Assembly: GCA_963696505.1 (NCBI GenBank) | Contig: CAVOKN010000017.1 | Coordinates: 76,326 to 140,325 of the forward strand | Source: an uncultured beta proteobacterium | Lineage (GTDB): Bacteria > Pseudomonadota > Gammaproteobacteria > Burkholderiales > Rhodocyclaceae | DNA: 64,000 bases | Direction: 5' to 3' | Shown here: positions 31,457-42,035 of the stretch, piece after piece | Numbering within the stretch: the first letter of the stretch is position 1 | Layout: every line of letters begins with the position of its first letter | Notes under the pieces: model-generated | Told to the model about the DNA's origin: nothing | What the model saw: only the letters and a program-made list of their open reading frames with translations | The model's database searches: none | Made by a program: the position numbers and the translations under genes

Positions 31457-32227
31457 TCAGAGCGTGCGCACACGCTCGATCATTTCATGCGCAAACGCCA
31501 GATAAGCCTGCGACCCCTTGGCTGCGCGATCGAACACCACGCCCGGCATACCGTAGCTAGGCGCCTCGGCCAGCCGCACGTTGCGCGGGACGATGGCCTT
31601 GAACACCTTTTCGCCGAAGTGCTGTTCGAGCTGCGCTGAAACCTGCTGTCCCAGCGTGTTGCGCGGGTCGAACATGACGCGCAGCAGGCCGATGATCTTC
31701 AGATCGCGGTTGAGGTTGGCGTGCACCTTCTTGATGGTGTTCACCAGATCGGACAGGCCTTCCAGTGCGAAGTACTCGCATTGCATCGGGATGATCACGC
31801 CGTGTGCGGCGCAGAGCCCGTTCAGGGTCAGCATCGACAGCGAGGGCGGGCAGTCGATGATGACGAAGTCGTAATCGCCGGCGTGGGGCAGCAGCGCTTC
31901 CTTGAGCCGCAGTTCGCGTCGCGCAAGTTCCACCATTTCCACTTCGGCGCCGGCCAGGTCGCGGTTGGCGGGCAGGATGTCGTATTTTGCGTGGGGCGAG
32001 GGCTGGCGCCCCTGGTCTACTGTCGCCAAGCCGACCAGCACCTGATAGACGGAGCGGCCGAGGCTGCGCTTGTCGATGCCGCTGCCCATGGTGGCGTTTC
32101 CCTGTGGGTCGAGATCGACCAGCAGCACGCGCTGGCCGGCGGCGCCCAGCGAGGCGGCGAGGTTGACCGCGGTGGTGGTCTTGCCCACCCCGCCTTTCTG
32201 GTTGGCGACGGCGAAGATCTTGCTCAT
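31457..32227 (-). CDS. parA: Chromosome partitioning ATPase ParA/Soj
   Basis: [27 protein letters not shown] (deviant Walker A) and VLLVDLDPQGNAT. 256 aa; the upstream part of ORF 31457-32746 is not coding. Confidence 0.9.
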   Translation of the reverse strand: MSKIFAVANQKGGVGKTTTAVNLAASLGAAGQRVLLVDLDPQGNATMGSGIDKRSLGRSVYQVLVGLATVDQGRQPSPHAKYDILPANRDLAGAEVEMVELARRELRLKEALLPHAGDYDFVIIDCPPSLSMLTLNGLCAAHGVIIPMQCEYFALEGLSDLVNTIKKVHANLNRDLKIIGLLRVMFDPRNTLGQQVSAQLEQHFGEKVFKAIVPRNVRLAEAPSYGMPGVVFDRAAKGSQAYLAFAHEMIERVRTL

Positions 32228-32850
32228 GGGGTTTTTCGGATCAGGACCAGGTGCCGCGCGCCCTCCACCTGGGGCACGGCCAGCGGAATCACCTTTTCGA
32301 CGACGAAGCCAGCGGGGATCTGGGCGATTTCCTCGTAGGGGTGCACCCCCTTCATGGCGGCGAAAACGCCGCCGGGGGCCAGCAGATGGGAAGTCAGCCG
32401 CAGGAACTCGGCGAGGTCGGAGAAGGCGCGGGAGGTGACGATGGCGAAGGGCTGCTCGGGCTCCCAGGTCTCGGCCCGTGCCCGCACGACCTCGACGTTG
32501 GCGAGGCCGAGTTCGATCTTCGCCTGCTGGAGGAAGGTGGCCTTCTTCTGATTGCTTTCCACCAGCGCCACGCGCCACTGCGGACGGGCGATGGCCACGG
32601 GAATGCCCGGCAGTCCGCCGCCGCTTCCGATGTCCGCCAGCGAGTCGCCAGCTAGCTGCGGCACGATCGCAAGGGAATCCAGGACGTGCTGCCCGACCAT
32701 GGCGGATTCGTCCCGCACCGCCGTCAGGTTGTAGGTGCGGTTCCACTTGGCCAGCAGCGCCAGGTAGTCGAGCAGGCTGCGCTGTGCCTCCCCGGCCAGG
32801 TCGAGGCCCAGTTCGCCGAGACCGCGCCAGAGTTGCTCCGCCTGGCTCAT
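32224..32850 (-). CDS. rsmG: 16S rRNA (guanine527-N7)-methyltransferase RsmG (GidB)
   Basis: 208 aa with [12 protein letters not shown] and [16 protein letters not shown]. Confidence 0.9.
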   Translation of the reverse strand: MSQAEQLWRGLGELGLDLAGEAQRSLLDYLALLAKWNRTYNLTAVRDESAMVGQHVLDSLAIVPQLAGDSLADIGSGGGLPGIPVAIARPQWRVALVESNQKKATFLQQAKIELGLANVEVVRARAETWEPEQPFAIVTSRAFSDLAEFLRLTSHLLAPGGVFAAMKGVHPYEEIAQIPAGFVVEKVIPLAVPQVEGARHLVLIRKTP

Positions 32851-34790
32851 GCGCGGCGCCAGATCGTGGTGTCGGCGGCAGCGTCTTCGTTGGCGGCGCC
32901 GGCGAGGGTGTTGCGGGACATCAGGCCGCGCTTGAGATGGACCAGCAGCAGCGAAATCGCCGCCGGGGTCACGCCCTGGATGCGCGAGGCCTGACCAAGG
33001 GTTTCGGGCCGATGCTGGGCGAGCTTCTGCTGCACTTCGATGGACAGGCCGCGCACCGCGGCGTAGTCCAGGCCAGGCGGCAAGGGTAGGGTTTCCTGAC
33101 TGCGGCTGCGCTCGACTTCGTCTTTTTGACGTTCGATATAGCCCTGATACTTGGCCTGTATCTCCACCTGTTCAACGACTCCCGTGTCTTCAACGGGCCC
33201 GCCAGCAGTTGTCAAACTCATCAGTGAGCGATAACTCACATCGGGCCGGCGCAGCAGATCGAAGAGAAGGTATTCCCGCTCCAGGGCCTTGCCCAGCACC
33301 GCCTCGGCCTGGGCCGCCTCCACCACCCGCGGACTGACCCAGGTGGCCTTGAGGCGCTCGGTCTCGCGAACGATGGCGTCGCGCTTGCGGCAGAAGACGT
33401 CCCAGCGAGCGTCATCCACCAGCCCCAAACCGCGGCCGATATCCGTCAGCCGCAGGTCGGCGTTGTCCTCCCGCAGGCTCAGGCGGTACTCGGCGCGGGA
33501 GGTGAACATGCGGTAGGGCTCGCTCACGCCGCGGGTGATGAGGTCATCCACCAGCACGCCGAGGTAGGCCTCGTCGCGGCGCGGGCACCAGCCCGCTTCG
33601 CCGCGGGCGTGGCGTGCAGCGTTGATGCCGGCGAGCAGGCCCTGGGCCGCCGCCTCCTCGTAGCCGGTGGTGCCGTTGATCTGACCGGCACAGAACAGGC
33701 CTGCGATGGCCCTGGTTTCGAGCGAGGACTTGAGGCCGCGCGGATCGTAGTAGTCGTACTCGATGGCGTAGCCCGGGCGCAGGATGTGGGCGTTCTCCAG
33801 CCCGCGGATGGAGCGCACCAGGGCAAGCTGGATATCGAAGGGCAGGCTGGTCGAGATGCCGTTGGGATAGATCTCGTGCGTGTGCAGACCCTCCGGTTCG
33901 AGGAAGACGTTGTGACTGGTCTTGCCGGCGAAGCGGTGGATCTTGTCCTCGATCGAAGGGCAGTAGCGCGGGCCTATGCCTTCGATGACGCCGGTAAACA
34001 TGGGCGAGCGGTCCAGCCCGCCGCGGATGATGTCGTGGGTGCGCTCGTTGGTCTGGGTGATCCAGCAGGGCAATTGCGCCGGGTGCTGCGCGGCGCGGCC
34101 GAGGAAGGAGAACACGGGCACCGGGTCGTCGCCGGGCTGTACCGTCATCACGGAAAAGTCGATGCTGCGGGCGTCGAGCCGCGGCGGCGTGCCGGTCTTG
34201 AGGCGGCCGGCGGGAAGCTGCAACTCCCTCAGGCGCTGCGCCAGCGAAATGGCCGGCGGATCGCCGGCGCGGCCGGCAGCGTAATTGCGCAGGCCCACGT
34301 GTACCAGACCGGAAAGAAAGGTGCCGGTGGTGAGCACCACCGCCGCCGCCTCGAAGCGGATACCGAGTTGCGTCACCACGCCGCTCACCCGATCGCCCTC
34401 GACGGTGAGGTCGTCCACCGCCTGCTGGAACAGGGTGAGATTAAGCTGGTTCTCGATGCGTCCGCGGATCGCCTGGCGGTAGAGGACGCGGTCGGCCTGG
34501 GCGCGGGTGGCACGCACCGCCGGGCCCTTGCTTGAATTCAGGATGCGGAACTGGATGCCGGCCTCGTCGGTGGCTGCGGCCATCGCCCCGCCCAGGGCGT
34601 CAACCTCCTTCACCAGATGCCCCTTGCCGATGCCGCCGATGGATGGGTTGCACGACATCTGCCCCAGGGTTTCGATGTTGTGGGTCAGCAGCAGCGTGTT
34701 CGCCCCTGCCCGCGCCGCAGCCAGCGCAGCCTCGGTCCCGGCATGGCCGCCGCCGACGACGATGACATCAAAGCGCGTTGGGAACAGCAT
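32847..34790 (-). CDS. mnmG: tRNA uridine 5-carboxymethylaminomethyl modification enzyme MnmG (GidA)
   Basis: Start [29 protein letters not shown], with [24 protein letters not shown]. 647 aa from the ATG at 34790. Confidence 0.9.
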   Translation of the reverse strand: MLFPTRFDVIVVGGGHAGTEAALAAARAGANTLLLTHNIETLGQMSCNPSIGGIGKGHLVKEVDALGGAMAAATDEAGIQFRILNSSKGPAVRATRAQADRVLYRQAIRGRIENQLNLTLFQQAVDDLTVEGDRVSGVVTQLGIRFEAAAVVLTTGTFLSGLVHVGLRNYAAGRAGDPPAISLAQRLRELQLPAGRLKTGTPPRLDARSIDFSVMTVQPGDDPVPVFSFLGRAAQHPAQLPCWITQTNERTHDIIRGGLDRSPMFTGVIEGIGPRYCPSIEDKIHRFAGKTSHNVFLEPEGLHTHEIYPNGISTSLPFDIQLALVRSIRGLENAHILRPGYAIEYDYYDPRGLKSSLETRAIAGLFCAGQINGTTGYEEAAAQGLLAGINAARHARGEAGWCPRRDEAYLGVLVDDLITRGVSEPYRMFTSRAEYRLSLREDNADLRLTDIGRGLGLVDDARWDVFCRKRDAIVRETERLKATWVSPRVVEAAQAEAVLGKALEREYLLFDLLRRPDVSYRSLMSLTTAGGPVEDTGVVEQVEIQAKYQGYIERQKDEVERSRSQETLPLPPGLDYAAVRGLSIEVQQKLAQHRPETLGQASRIQGVTPAAISLLLVHLKRGLMSRNTLAGAANEDAAADTTIWRRA

Positions 34791-35015
34791 CGGGAGACGA
34801 TGGGAGCACGGGGACGGCGGAAGGCGGGGAATGATACGCCAAGCCAATGCTCATTGACAGGCCGAGTCGCCGGGAGAACAGGCGCATGTGCCGCTGAGCA
34901 CGGCTTTCAATTTGTTACAAACGACAACAGATTCCAACGCCGGCCTTCCCTATAGTCACGCTCAAGCACTTTGCTGAAGGCGCCCCGGGTGCCGTAATCT
35001 GACAGGAGGAAGATC

Positions 35016-35312
35016 ATGAGCGTTAACAACAAATTCGCCATCGCCGGTACCCTCGCCGCCTTGATGCTGGCCGTCGTTCCCCAGGCACAGGCCGATGGCG
35101 GACGTGGCCACTGGAAACATGGCTGGAAGCATAACCACCACGATCACTATGAACACTGGGGCCATCGACACGACCGCGTGGTCGTAATCCGTGAACCGCG
35201 CTATGTATATCGGGAGCGCGCCTATGTCGTCGACGAGCCCTACTACTACCCTGCCCGCCGCCCGTCCATAGTGCTCGGTGTGAACGTGCCGCCGCTGGTG
35301 ATCGGTTTCTAA
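35016..35312 (+). CDS. Small secreted His-rich protein, hypothetical
   Basis: aggagga SD and signal peptide MSVNNKFAIAGTLAALMLAVVPQAQA. The mature N-terminus is DGGRGHWKHGWKHNHHDHYEHWGHRHD (11 His in 27 residues), followed by a Tyr/Pro-rich tail. Confidence 0.6.
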   Translation: MSVNNKFAIAGTLAALMLAVVPQAQADGGRGHWKHGWKHNHHDHYEHWGHRHDRVVVIREPRYVYRERAYVVDEPYYYPARRPSIVLGVNVPPLVIGF

Positions 35313-35335
35313 GTCTGCCCAAGCAGTTGGAGGAG

Positions 35336-36292
35336 CTATGCGGAGCGATTGAGTGCGTGTTGCGCAGCGGCGAGCCGCCAAGCGCCCCGCTGGAAGTCCT
35401 CGGGTCGGTCTCGGCCTTGGGTAACTCGCCCCGGGGCCTTGACCAGAGGATAGGTCAGGGCCTGGGCGAGGTAGGCCGGTAACGCTGCTGTCTCCTCCGC
35501 CCCGAGGGGCCGGACACGGCGGTACCCGCGGAGCAACGCCGGGGCGCTGCCCACAGCCAGGGCCCCATCGCCGGCACGGCACTTGGCGAAGGACGCCAGC
35601 GCGATGGCTACATCCTCCACCAACGGGTCCGCGGCGGGCGCTGTCCATGGCGAGCAAAGCGGCCACTCTCCCCTCGCGGTAGAGCAGGCTGGAAGTGCGG
35701 CAGGCGCCGTCGATCACCGGCGGCGCCTGCCGCGTACGCAATTCCGGAAGCGTCTCCCGGAGCCCGTCAAGCACGCAGCGGCAGCGCCGCGGGATGGAAG
35801 TCAGTCCCTGTGAGACGGCGTCCGGATCGATCCGATTCAGTTCCTCCATGGCAAGGGCGCTGGGGTCCTCCTCAGGCGAAGCGAACGCAGCGTCCCAATC
35901 CGCCACCGCGTCGTGGAAGCGCGCCAGCACCTCGCCTGCAAGGAGCGCCGCCTCCCTGCGATCAGGCGGGGGTCCGGTGGTGGCAAAGCGGCACCGGGTC
36001 CACAGTCGGCCGCCGGCTTGCGCCTAGCGTTCGCCATCGACGGTCGCGACGGCCTCGGCAACGGGAACGCCCTTCGCCGAAAGCCGGGCGATCAGGTCGA
36101 GTTCGAAGGCCAGTGCCCCGGCGGTATTGCCCTCCCGCAGCCGGCGCAGGACAAAGTCACCGCGTGCGCAGACCACCGAAAGCTATCGTTGGTCCGCCCC
36201 GCAGTCAGCGGGCGCAGGATGCTCCGGTGGCCCAGGGTCCAGGCGGCCACCGCGTCCTCGAATCCCGGAAGGTCGATTCCAGGTTCTGTCAC
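35336..36292 (-). pseudogene. Aminoglycoside/homoserine-kinase-type phosphotransferase (APH family), decayed
   Basis: N-terminus MTEPGIDLPGFEDAVAAWTLGHRSILRPLTAGRTNDSFR. A -1 shift near 36175 leads to VVCARGDFVLRRLREGNTAGALAFELDLIARLSAKGVPVAEAVATVDGER, which ends at an in-frame TAG (36024-36026). A +1 shift near 35628 leads to LVEDVAIALASFAKC. The expected HGD catalytic loop reads IDGA. Confidence 0.65.
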
Positions 36293-36297
36293 GAAAG

Positions 36298-37044
36298 TCA
36301 GCCTCCGGCGGGCGCCTGCCGCCCACCAAGGCCGAGATAGCTTTCGATCACCTTGGGGTCGTCCGCCAGCTTCAGCGCCGGGCCTTCGAGGACGATTTCG
36401 CCGGTTTCCAGCACGTAGCCGTGGTCGGCCACCTGCAAAGCGGCGCGCGCGTTCTGCTCAACCAGCAGGATGGCCACACCGGTGCGTCGCAGGTCGGCGA
36501 TGACGTGAAAGATCTCGCGCACGATCAACGGAGCCAGACCCAGGCTCGGTTCATCCAGCATCAGCAGCCTGGGCCTGGCCATCAGGGCGCGGCCCACCGC
36601 GAGCATCTGGCGCTCGCCGCCCGAGAGCGTCCCGGCCAACTGGTCGCGCCGCTCCTTGAGCCGGGGGAAGATGCGGAAAACGTCGTCCAGCTTGGCGTCG
36701 CGCTCGACGTGGCCGGCGCGGCGGCGCTGGAAAGCGCCGAGGATCAGGTTGTCTTCGACGCTCATCTCGCCGAAGAGCTCGCGCTTTTCGGGCACCAGCG
36801 TCATGCCGCGGGCGACGCGCTGCTCCACTTCGGCATCGCGGGCGTTCTGGCCGAGGAAGGCGATGCTGCCGCGGGACGGCAGCAGACCCATGATGGCCGA
36901 CAGCAGGGTGGTCTTGCCGGCGCCGTTGGGGCCGATCACGGTGACGATCTGTCCCTCGCCCACGGTCAGATTGACGCCGTGCAGGGCCTCGACTTTGCCG
37001 TAGGCGACGCCGAGGTCGCGGACGTCGAGGATGGGTGCGGCCAT
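36298..37044 (-). CDS. livF: Branched-chain amino-acid ABC transporter ATP-binding protein (LivF-like)
   Basis: [28 protein letters not shown], Walker [10 protein letters not shown], signature [15 protein letters not shown] and Walker B LLMLDEPS. Confidence 0.85.
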   Translation of the reverse strand: MAAPILDVRDLGVAYGKVEALHGVNLTVGEGQIVTVIGPNGAGKTTLLSAIMGLLPSRGSIAFLGQNARDAEVEQRVARGMTLVPEKRELFGEMSVEDNLILGAFQRRRAGHVERDAKLDDVFRIFPRLKERRDQLAGTLSGGERQMLAVGRALMARPRLLMLDEPSLGLAPLIVREIFHVIADLRRTGVAILLVEQNARAALQVADHGYVLETGEIVLEGPALKLADDPKVIESYLGLGGRQAPAGG

Positions 37045-37045
37045 C

Positions 37046-38857
37046 TCAGTCGACTCCGCCAAGGTAGGCTTCGAGTACCGCCGGATCCTCCTGCACCTCG
37101 CGCGGCAGCCCCTCGGCGATCTTCTCGCCGAAGTCCATCACCACCACCCGATCCACCAGTCCCATGACGAAATCCATGTCGTGCTCGACCAGCAGTATGC
37201 CCATGCCCTCGGCGCGCAGCTTGCGCAGCAGTTCGGCGAGGGACTGCTTCTCCAGGTAGCGCAGGCCGGCGGCAGGCTCGTCCAGCAGCAGCAAGCAGGG
37301 GTCGGCGCACAGCGCCCGAGCGATCTCCAGGAGGCGTTGTTGTCCCAGCGCAAGGCTTCCTGCGGCTTCCAGCATGTGGGCACCCAGTCCCACGCGCTCG
37401 ATCTGGCGCGCCGCCTCCGCCATCAGACGCGCCTCCTCGCGTCGCTCCAGTCGCCACGAGGCGAGGAGCACACCGTGCCTTCCGCGCAGATGGGCGCCGA
37501 TTGCGACGTTCTCCAGCACGCTCATCGTCGGCAGCAGCCTGACGTGCTGGAAGCTGCGGCTCATGCCGCGGCGCGCGATCTCCCGCGCCGGCAGGCCATC
37601 GATACGCTCGCCCAGGAAGCGGACTTCGCCGGAAGTGAGCGGCAGCACACCGGAGATCAGGTTGAACAGCGTGCTTTTGCCGGCGCCGTTGGGACCGATC
37701 AGCGCCAGAATCTCCCCGGCCCGGACCTGGATACTCATGTCGTCGTTGGCCACCAGGCCGCCAAACTCCTTGCGTGCATGCCTCACTTCAAGAAGCTGTG
37801 TGGCCGGCGCCGGTGCCGGCCGGCGCGGCAGGGGCTCGGCGGGTTTGGGCGCCTGGCGCCGCGCGCTCCAGGGAACGAAGCGCAGCACGATGGGCCAGAT
37901 GCCGTCCCGTGCGTGCTGGAGCACCAGCACCATCATCAGGCCGAAGAAGATCACCTCGAAGTTGCCGCTCTGGCCGAACAGGCTGGGCAGCATGTCCTGT
38001 AGCCACTGCTTGAGCACGGTGATGAGCCCGGCGCCGACCAGGGCACCCCAAACGTGGCCTGCACCGCCCACGACCGCCATGAACAGGTATTCGATGCCGA
38101 TATGCAGACCGAAGGGCGTGGGGTTGATGAAACGCTGAAGGTGGGCGTAGAGCCAACCGGACACGCAGGCGTAGAGGGCGGCAATAAGAAAGATGATGGT
38201 CTTGGAGCGGGCAGTATCCACGCCCATGGCCTCCGCCATCACGCCGCCACCCTTCAGCGCCCGGATCGACCGGCCGACCCGCGAGTCGAGCAGGTTCCGG
38301 GTGGCCACCATGGTACAGAGCAAGACCAACCAGATCAGGTAGAAGAAGTCGCGGCCGCTCGCCAGTTTCCAGCCCAGGATCTCCAGCACCGGGATGCCGG
38401 TGATGCCGGTGTGGCCGCCGAGGAACTGAAGATTGCCGAACAGGTAGTAGAGGCTGATGCCCCAGGCGATGGTACCCAGCGGGAGATAGTGCCCCGACAG
38501 GCGCAGCGTGATGAGCCCCAGCAGCAGGGCCACCGCTGCCGTCAGCAGCATCCCTGCCGGAAGCGCTAGCCAGGGAGAAAGGGCATGGGCGGTGGTGAGA
38601 TAGCCGGTGGTGTAGGCACCCAGGCCGACGAAGGCCGCCTGACCAAAGGATGTGAGGCCACCGATTCCGGTCAGCAGCACCAGCCCAAGGGCGACGATCG
38701 CGTACAGACCGATGTAATTGAGCAGGGTGACGTAGAACTCGGGCAGTACCAGGGGTGCAGCCGCCAGCAGAGGCAGGCCGACGGCGGCGACGGCCAAGGG
38801 CAGGAAGCGTGGAAGCGTGCCAGACTGAGGCGCAGCCACGTCACTCTTCCTCGACAT
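37046..38857 (-). CDS. Fused branched-chain amino-acid ABC permease (LivM-like) and ATPase (LivG-like)
   Basis: 603 aa. The N-terminal ~330 aa is polytopic ([37 protein letters not shown]). The C-terminal part reads [33 protein letters not shown] and [11 protein letters not shown]. Confidence 0.85.
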   Translation of the reverse strand: MSRKSDVAAPQSGTLPRFLPLAVAAVGLPLLAAAPLVLPEFYVTLLNYIGLYAIVALGLVLLTGIGGLTSFGQAAFVGLGAYTTGYLTTAHALSPWLALPAGMLLTAAVALLLGLITLRLSGHYLPLGTIAWGISLYYLFGNLQFLGGHTGITGIPVLEILGWKLASGRDFFYLIWLVLLCTMVATRNLLDSRVGRSIRALKGGGVMAEAMGVDTARSKTIIFLIAALYACVSGWLYAHLQRFINPTPFGLHIGIEYLFMAVVGGAGHVWGALVGAGLITVLKQWLQDMLPSLFGQSGNFEVIFFGLMMVLVLQHARDGIWPIVLRFVPWSARRQAPKPAEPLPRRPAPAPATQLLEVRHARKEFGGLVANDDMSIQVRAGEILALIGPNGAGKSTLFNLISGVLPLTSGEVRFLGERIDGLPAREIARRGMSRSFQHVRLLPTMSVLENVAIGAHLRGRHGVLLASWRLERREEARLMAEAARQIERVGLGAHMLEAAGSLALGQQRLLEIARALCADPCLLLLDEPAAGLRYLEKQSLAELLRKLRAEGMGILLVEHDMDFVMGLVDRVVVMDFGEKIAEGLPREVQEDPAVLEAYLGGVD

Positions 38858-39875
38858 GATGGGTCGTGAGGGAACGCCAGACCAGGACCGGAATGATCAG
38901 CGTGAACACGATCACTTCCTTGAAGGCACTGGCCCAGAACGAGGAATACGATTCCAGCAGCCCGACCAGCACGGCACCCGCCGCGGCCAGTGGGTAGCTG
39001 ACCAGACCACCGATGATGGCACCGACGAAACCTTTCAATCCGACAAGGAAGCCGGTGTCGTAGTAGATGGTGGTAATGGGGGCGATCAGGATACCTGAGA
39101 AGGCGCCTATCAGTGCCGCCAGCAGGAAGGAGAGCTTTCCGGCCATTACCGTGCTGATGCCCATCAGCCGTGCGCCGGTGCGGTTGATGGCGGTTGCACG
39201 GAGGGCTTTGCCGTAGAGGCTGCGACCGAAGAACTGGTAGAGGCCGACGATGAGCAGGCCGGAACAGGCGATGACCCAGATGGTCTGGGCGCCGACAGTG
39301 ATGCCGCCGATTTCGAAGCTTCCGTCGCTGAAGGCGGGCGTACGGGAACCTTCGGCGCCGAAGAACAGCAGACCGAGCCCGACCAAACCCAAGTGCACCG
39401 CCACCGATACGATGAGCAGTACGAGAACCGAGGCCTCGGCCAGCGGCTGGTAAGCAAGGCGGTAAACAATGGGCCCCAGCGGTACGACGATCGCAAGAGT
39501 CAGCGCTATCTGCGCGGCCAGCGGCCAACCCGAGGGTGCCAGCCACAGCGTGCATGCCGCCACGGCGGCGGGATAGACGAGATTCCACAGCGCAATTCGC
39601 GGCAGGCGCCACAACTGCCCTCGCCGAAGGGCAATCACACCATCCATCGCTGCCACCAGCAGGCTACTGCCGACCAGCAGCCAGACGGTGGACGGCAGCG
39701 TTCCCGCCTGGAAAGCAGCCAATGTCAGCGCACCGAAGGCGACGAACTCACCCTGGGGTATGAAGATAACCCGGGTAACGGCGAACACCAGCACCAGTGC
39801 CAGCGCGAGCAGTGCGTAGATGGCGCCGTTGGTCAGGCCATCCTGGCCAAGCAGGAGGGCTATCTGGAGATCCAT
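38841..39875 (-). CDS. livH: Branched-chain amino-acid ABC permease (LivH-like)
   Basis: [49 protein letters not shown], 344 aa from the ATG at 39875. Confidence 0.85.
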   Translation of the reverse strand: MDLQIALLLGQDGLTNGAIYALLALALVLVFAVTRVIFIPQGEFVAFGALTLAAFQAGTLPSTVWLLVGSSLLVAAMDGVIALRRGQLWRLPRIALWNLVYPAAVAACTLWLAPSGWPLAAQIALTLAIVVPLGPIVYRLAYQPLAEASVLVLLIVSVAVHLGLVGLGLLFFGAEGSRTPAFSDGSFEIGGITVGAQTIWVIACSGLLIVGLYQFFGRSLYGKALRATAINRTGARLMGISTVMAGKLSFLLAALIGAFSGILIAPITTIYYDTGFLVGLKGFVGAIIGGLVSYPLAAAGAVLVGLLESYSSFWASAFKEVIVFTLIIPVLVWRSLTTHHVEEE

Positions 39876-39970
39876 GCTTTTACACAAAAATCAGGGGCGC
39901 CACCGCGCCCCTGGGTTTGTTGCAGGTTCCGGCACCAAGGCGGTGCCGGCCATGAAGCGCATCGACGGCC

Positions 39971-41116
39971 TTACTTGAGCAACTTCCAGCCACCGTCCTG
40001 GATGGTCACCATGACGCGGGCGCGCTGATCGAAGCCGAGGTGATCCTGGGGTCCCATATTGAACACGCCGTGGGTGCCAACCACGTTCCTGAGGCCCTCC
40101 AAGGCGTCGCGCAGGGCCGCTCGAAACTCCTTGGTGCCAGGCTTGGCCTTCTTCAGTGCTTCGGGAATCGCACTCTGGAGCAGGATGCCGGCGTCCCATG
40201 CATGGGCGCCGAAGGTGGAGACGCTGCCCTTGCCGTGGACGGCTTCGTACTTTGTGACGTATTCCAGTGCCACTTTCTTGATCGGGTTGGTGTCGGGCAA
40301 CTGGGCCGCGACCAGAACCGGGCCAGCCGGCAGGAAGGTACCTTCGACGTCCTTGCCGCCGACCCGAAGGAAATCGTTGTTGGCTACACCGTGGGTCTGG
40401 TAAACCCTGCCCTTGTAACCCTTTTCCTTGAGCGCCTTCTGGGGCAGGGCAGCGGGTGTTCCGGCGCCGGCAATCAGGACCGCGTCGGGGTTGGCGGCGA
40501 GCAGTTTCAGCACTTGGCCGGTCACCGAGGTGTCAGCGCGGTTGTAGCGTTCGTTTGCCACGACCTTGATCTTGCGTGCTTCAGCGATCTTGCTGAATTC
40601 GTTCCACCAGCCCTCGCCGTAGGCGTCGGCGAAACCGATAAAGGCGACTGTCTGGATTCCGGCGCTGCTCATGTGCTCGGAGATGGCCACCGACATCTGG
40701 GCGTCGTTCTGGGGTGTCTTGAAAACCCAGCGGCGCTTGGCATCCATGGGCTCGATGATGCGGGAAGACGCCGCCATGCTGATCATCGGCGTCTCAGCTT
40801 CGGCCGCAACATCGATCATGGCCAGCGAGTTGGGGGTGATGGTCGATCCAACGATGACGTCCACCTTGTCCTCGCTGAGCAGCTTGCGCGTGTTCTTGAC
40901 GGCAGTGGTGGTGTCCGATGCATCGTCGAGAACGATGTACTGCACTTTTTCCCCGCCGATGGTGGTCGGCAGCAGGGCGAAGGTGTTTTTCTCCGGAATA
41001 CCGAGGGAGGCCGCCGGTCCGGTCGCGGAAAGGGTGACACCGACCTTGATGTCGGCGAGCGCCGGGTTTACTGCCAGCGCGGCAAGTAACGCCAGCATCA
41101 ATGATCTTGTTTTCAT
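39971..41116 (-). CDS. Periplasmic branched-chain amino-acid-type substrate-binding protein (LivJ/K-like)
   Basis: Signal peptide MKTRSLMLALLAALAVNPALA followed by DIKVGVTLSATGPAASLGIPEKN...DKVDVIVGSTITPNSLAM. Confidence 0.85.
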   Translation of the reverse strand: MKTRSLMLALLAALAVNPALADIKVGVTLSATGPAASLGIPEKNTFALLPTTIGGEKVQYIVLDDASDTTTAVKNTRKLLSEDKVDVIVGSTITPNSLAMIDVAAEAETPMISMAASSRIIEPMDAKRRWVFKTPQNDAQMSVAISEHMSSAGIQTVAFIGFADAYGEGWWNEFSKIAEARKIKVVANERYNRADTSVTGQVLKLLAANPDAVLIAGAGTPAALPQKALKEKGYKGRVYQTHGVANNDFLRVGGKDVEGTFLPAGPVLVAAQLPDTNPIKKVALEYVTKYEAVHGKGSVSTFGAHAWDAGILLQSAIPEALKKAKPGTKEFRAALRDALEGLRNVVGTHGVFNMGPQDHLGFDQRARVMVTIQDGGWKLLK

Positions 41117-41220
41117 GGGTCTCCTCCGAATAGGTGCCGCCCGATGGGCGACCGGCAATGATACCGGGGGGTCCTTGCCTCTGTCCATGGATAAAGCATT
41201 GTTGTAGGTAGGGTCTTAAG

Positions 41221-41234
41221 GTTTCACGTGAAAC
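41221..41234. repeat. 14-nt perfect palindrome GTTTCACGTGAAAC, copy 1 (just after the tauE stop)
   Basis: Exact palindrome. It lies adjacent to the hairpin caccttc-aggc-gaaggtg, which spans the tauE stop codon. Confidence 0.7.
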
Positions 41235-41238
41235 ACCT

Positions 41239-41997
41239 TCAGGCGAAGGTGTCGTAGGCAAACTTGGCTATCAGGATTGCAACGACCACGAGGAAGGCCT
41301 GACGCACAAATCGGACCCCTCGGCTTAGTGCAAGCTGAGACCCTACGAAGGAACCCGCAAGATTGAAAACCGCCATTCCCAGCCCAACGCCGACCATCAC
41401 ATGTCCAGCGGGCGCAAAGTAGAGCAGGGCAGCAAGGTTGGTTCCGGCATTCACCACTTTGGCGCTTGCCGACGCTCGCAGGAAATCCAGAGCGAAGACG
41501 CGAACGAATAGGAAGATAAGGAAGCTGCCTGCACCGGGCCCAAAGAAGCCGTCGTAAAAACCGATCACCGCACCCAGCGCTGCTGCGATCAGCCCATCGC
41601 GCCGGGCGTAGGTCCGGCCGCTGTCTACAACGCCGAAGTCCTTACGCAGGAATGTATACAGTCCGACCAAGATGAGCAGCAGAAGCACCAGGGGCCTCAT
41701 CCAATCCCGGGGCAGGAGTGCCACCACCATCGCACCACCGTAGGACGCTAGAAAGGCGGCGGCAGCGGCGGGCACGGCGATCATGAATGGCAGACGAATC
41801 CTGCGTGCGTAACGCCAGGCAGCAGCACCGGTACCGAAGACGCCTGATAACTTGTTGGTCCCGAACAGCGTTGCGGGCGTCGCATTCGGGTAGGCACTGA
41901 AGAGCGCCGGGATCTGCACCAAGCCACCGCCACCGACGATGGCATCGACCATTCCGGCAAAAAAAGCGGCACCGAAAAGCAGGGGAAGTTCGATCAC
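41239..41997 (-). CDS. TauE/SafE-family sulfite/anion exporter
   Basis: GTG start. Product (M)IELPLLFGAAFFAGMVDAIVGGGGLVQIPALF...GFYDGFFGPGAGSFLIF, 252 aa, polytopic. Confidence 0.8.
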   Translation of the reverse strand: MIELPLLFGAAFFAGMVDAIVGGGGLVQIPALFSAYPNATPATLFGTNKLSGVFGTGAAAWRYARRIRLPFMIAVPAAAAAFLASYGGAMVVALLPRDWMRPLVLLLLILVGLYTFLRKDFGVVDSGRTYARRDGLIAAALGAVIGFYDGFFGPGAGSFLIFLFVRVFALDFLRASASAKVVNAGTNLAALLYFAPAGHVMVGVGLGMAVFNLAGSFVGSQLALSRGVRFVRQAFLVVVAILIAKFAYDTFA

Positions 41998-42012
41998 GAG
42001 ACGCAGCGCCCG

Positions 42013-42028
42013 TGTTTCACGTGAAACA
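42013..42028. repeat. 16-nt perfect palindrome TGTTTCACGTGAAACA, copy 2 (between the mnmE stop and the tauE start)
   Basis: Contains the same 14-mer as 41221-41234 and is flanked by agcgc...gcgct, which can extend the hairpin. Confidence 0.7.
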
Positions 42029-42035
42029 GCAAGCG

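Noticed and set aside
33609-34535. 308-aa plus-strand ORF
   Set aside because: It is antisense to mnmG.
34962-35930. 322-aa minus-strand ORF spanning the His-rich gene and part of the kinase pseudogene
   Set aside because: Only its first ~100 codons belong to the APH-like pseudogene. The rest is read-through nonsense antisense to the well-supported plus-strand gene at 35016-35312.
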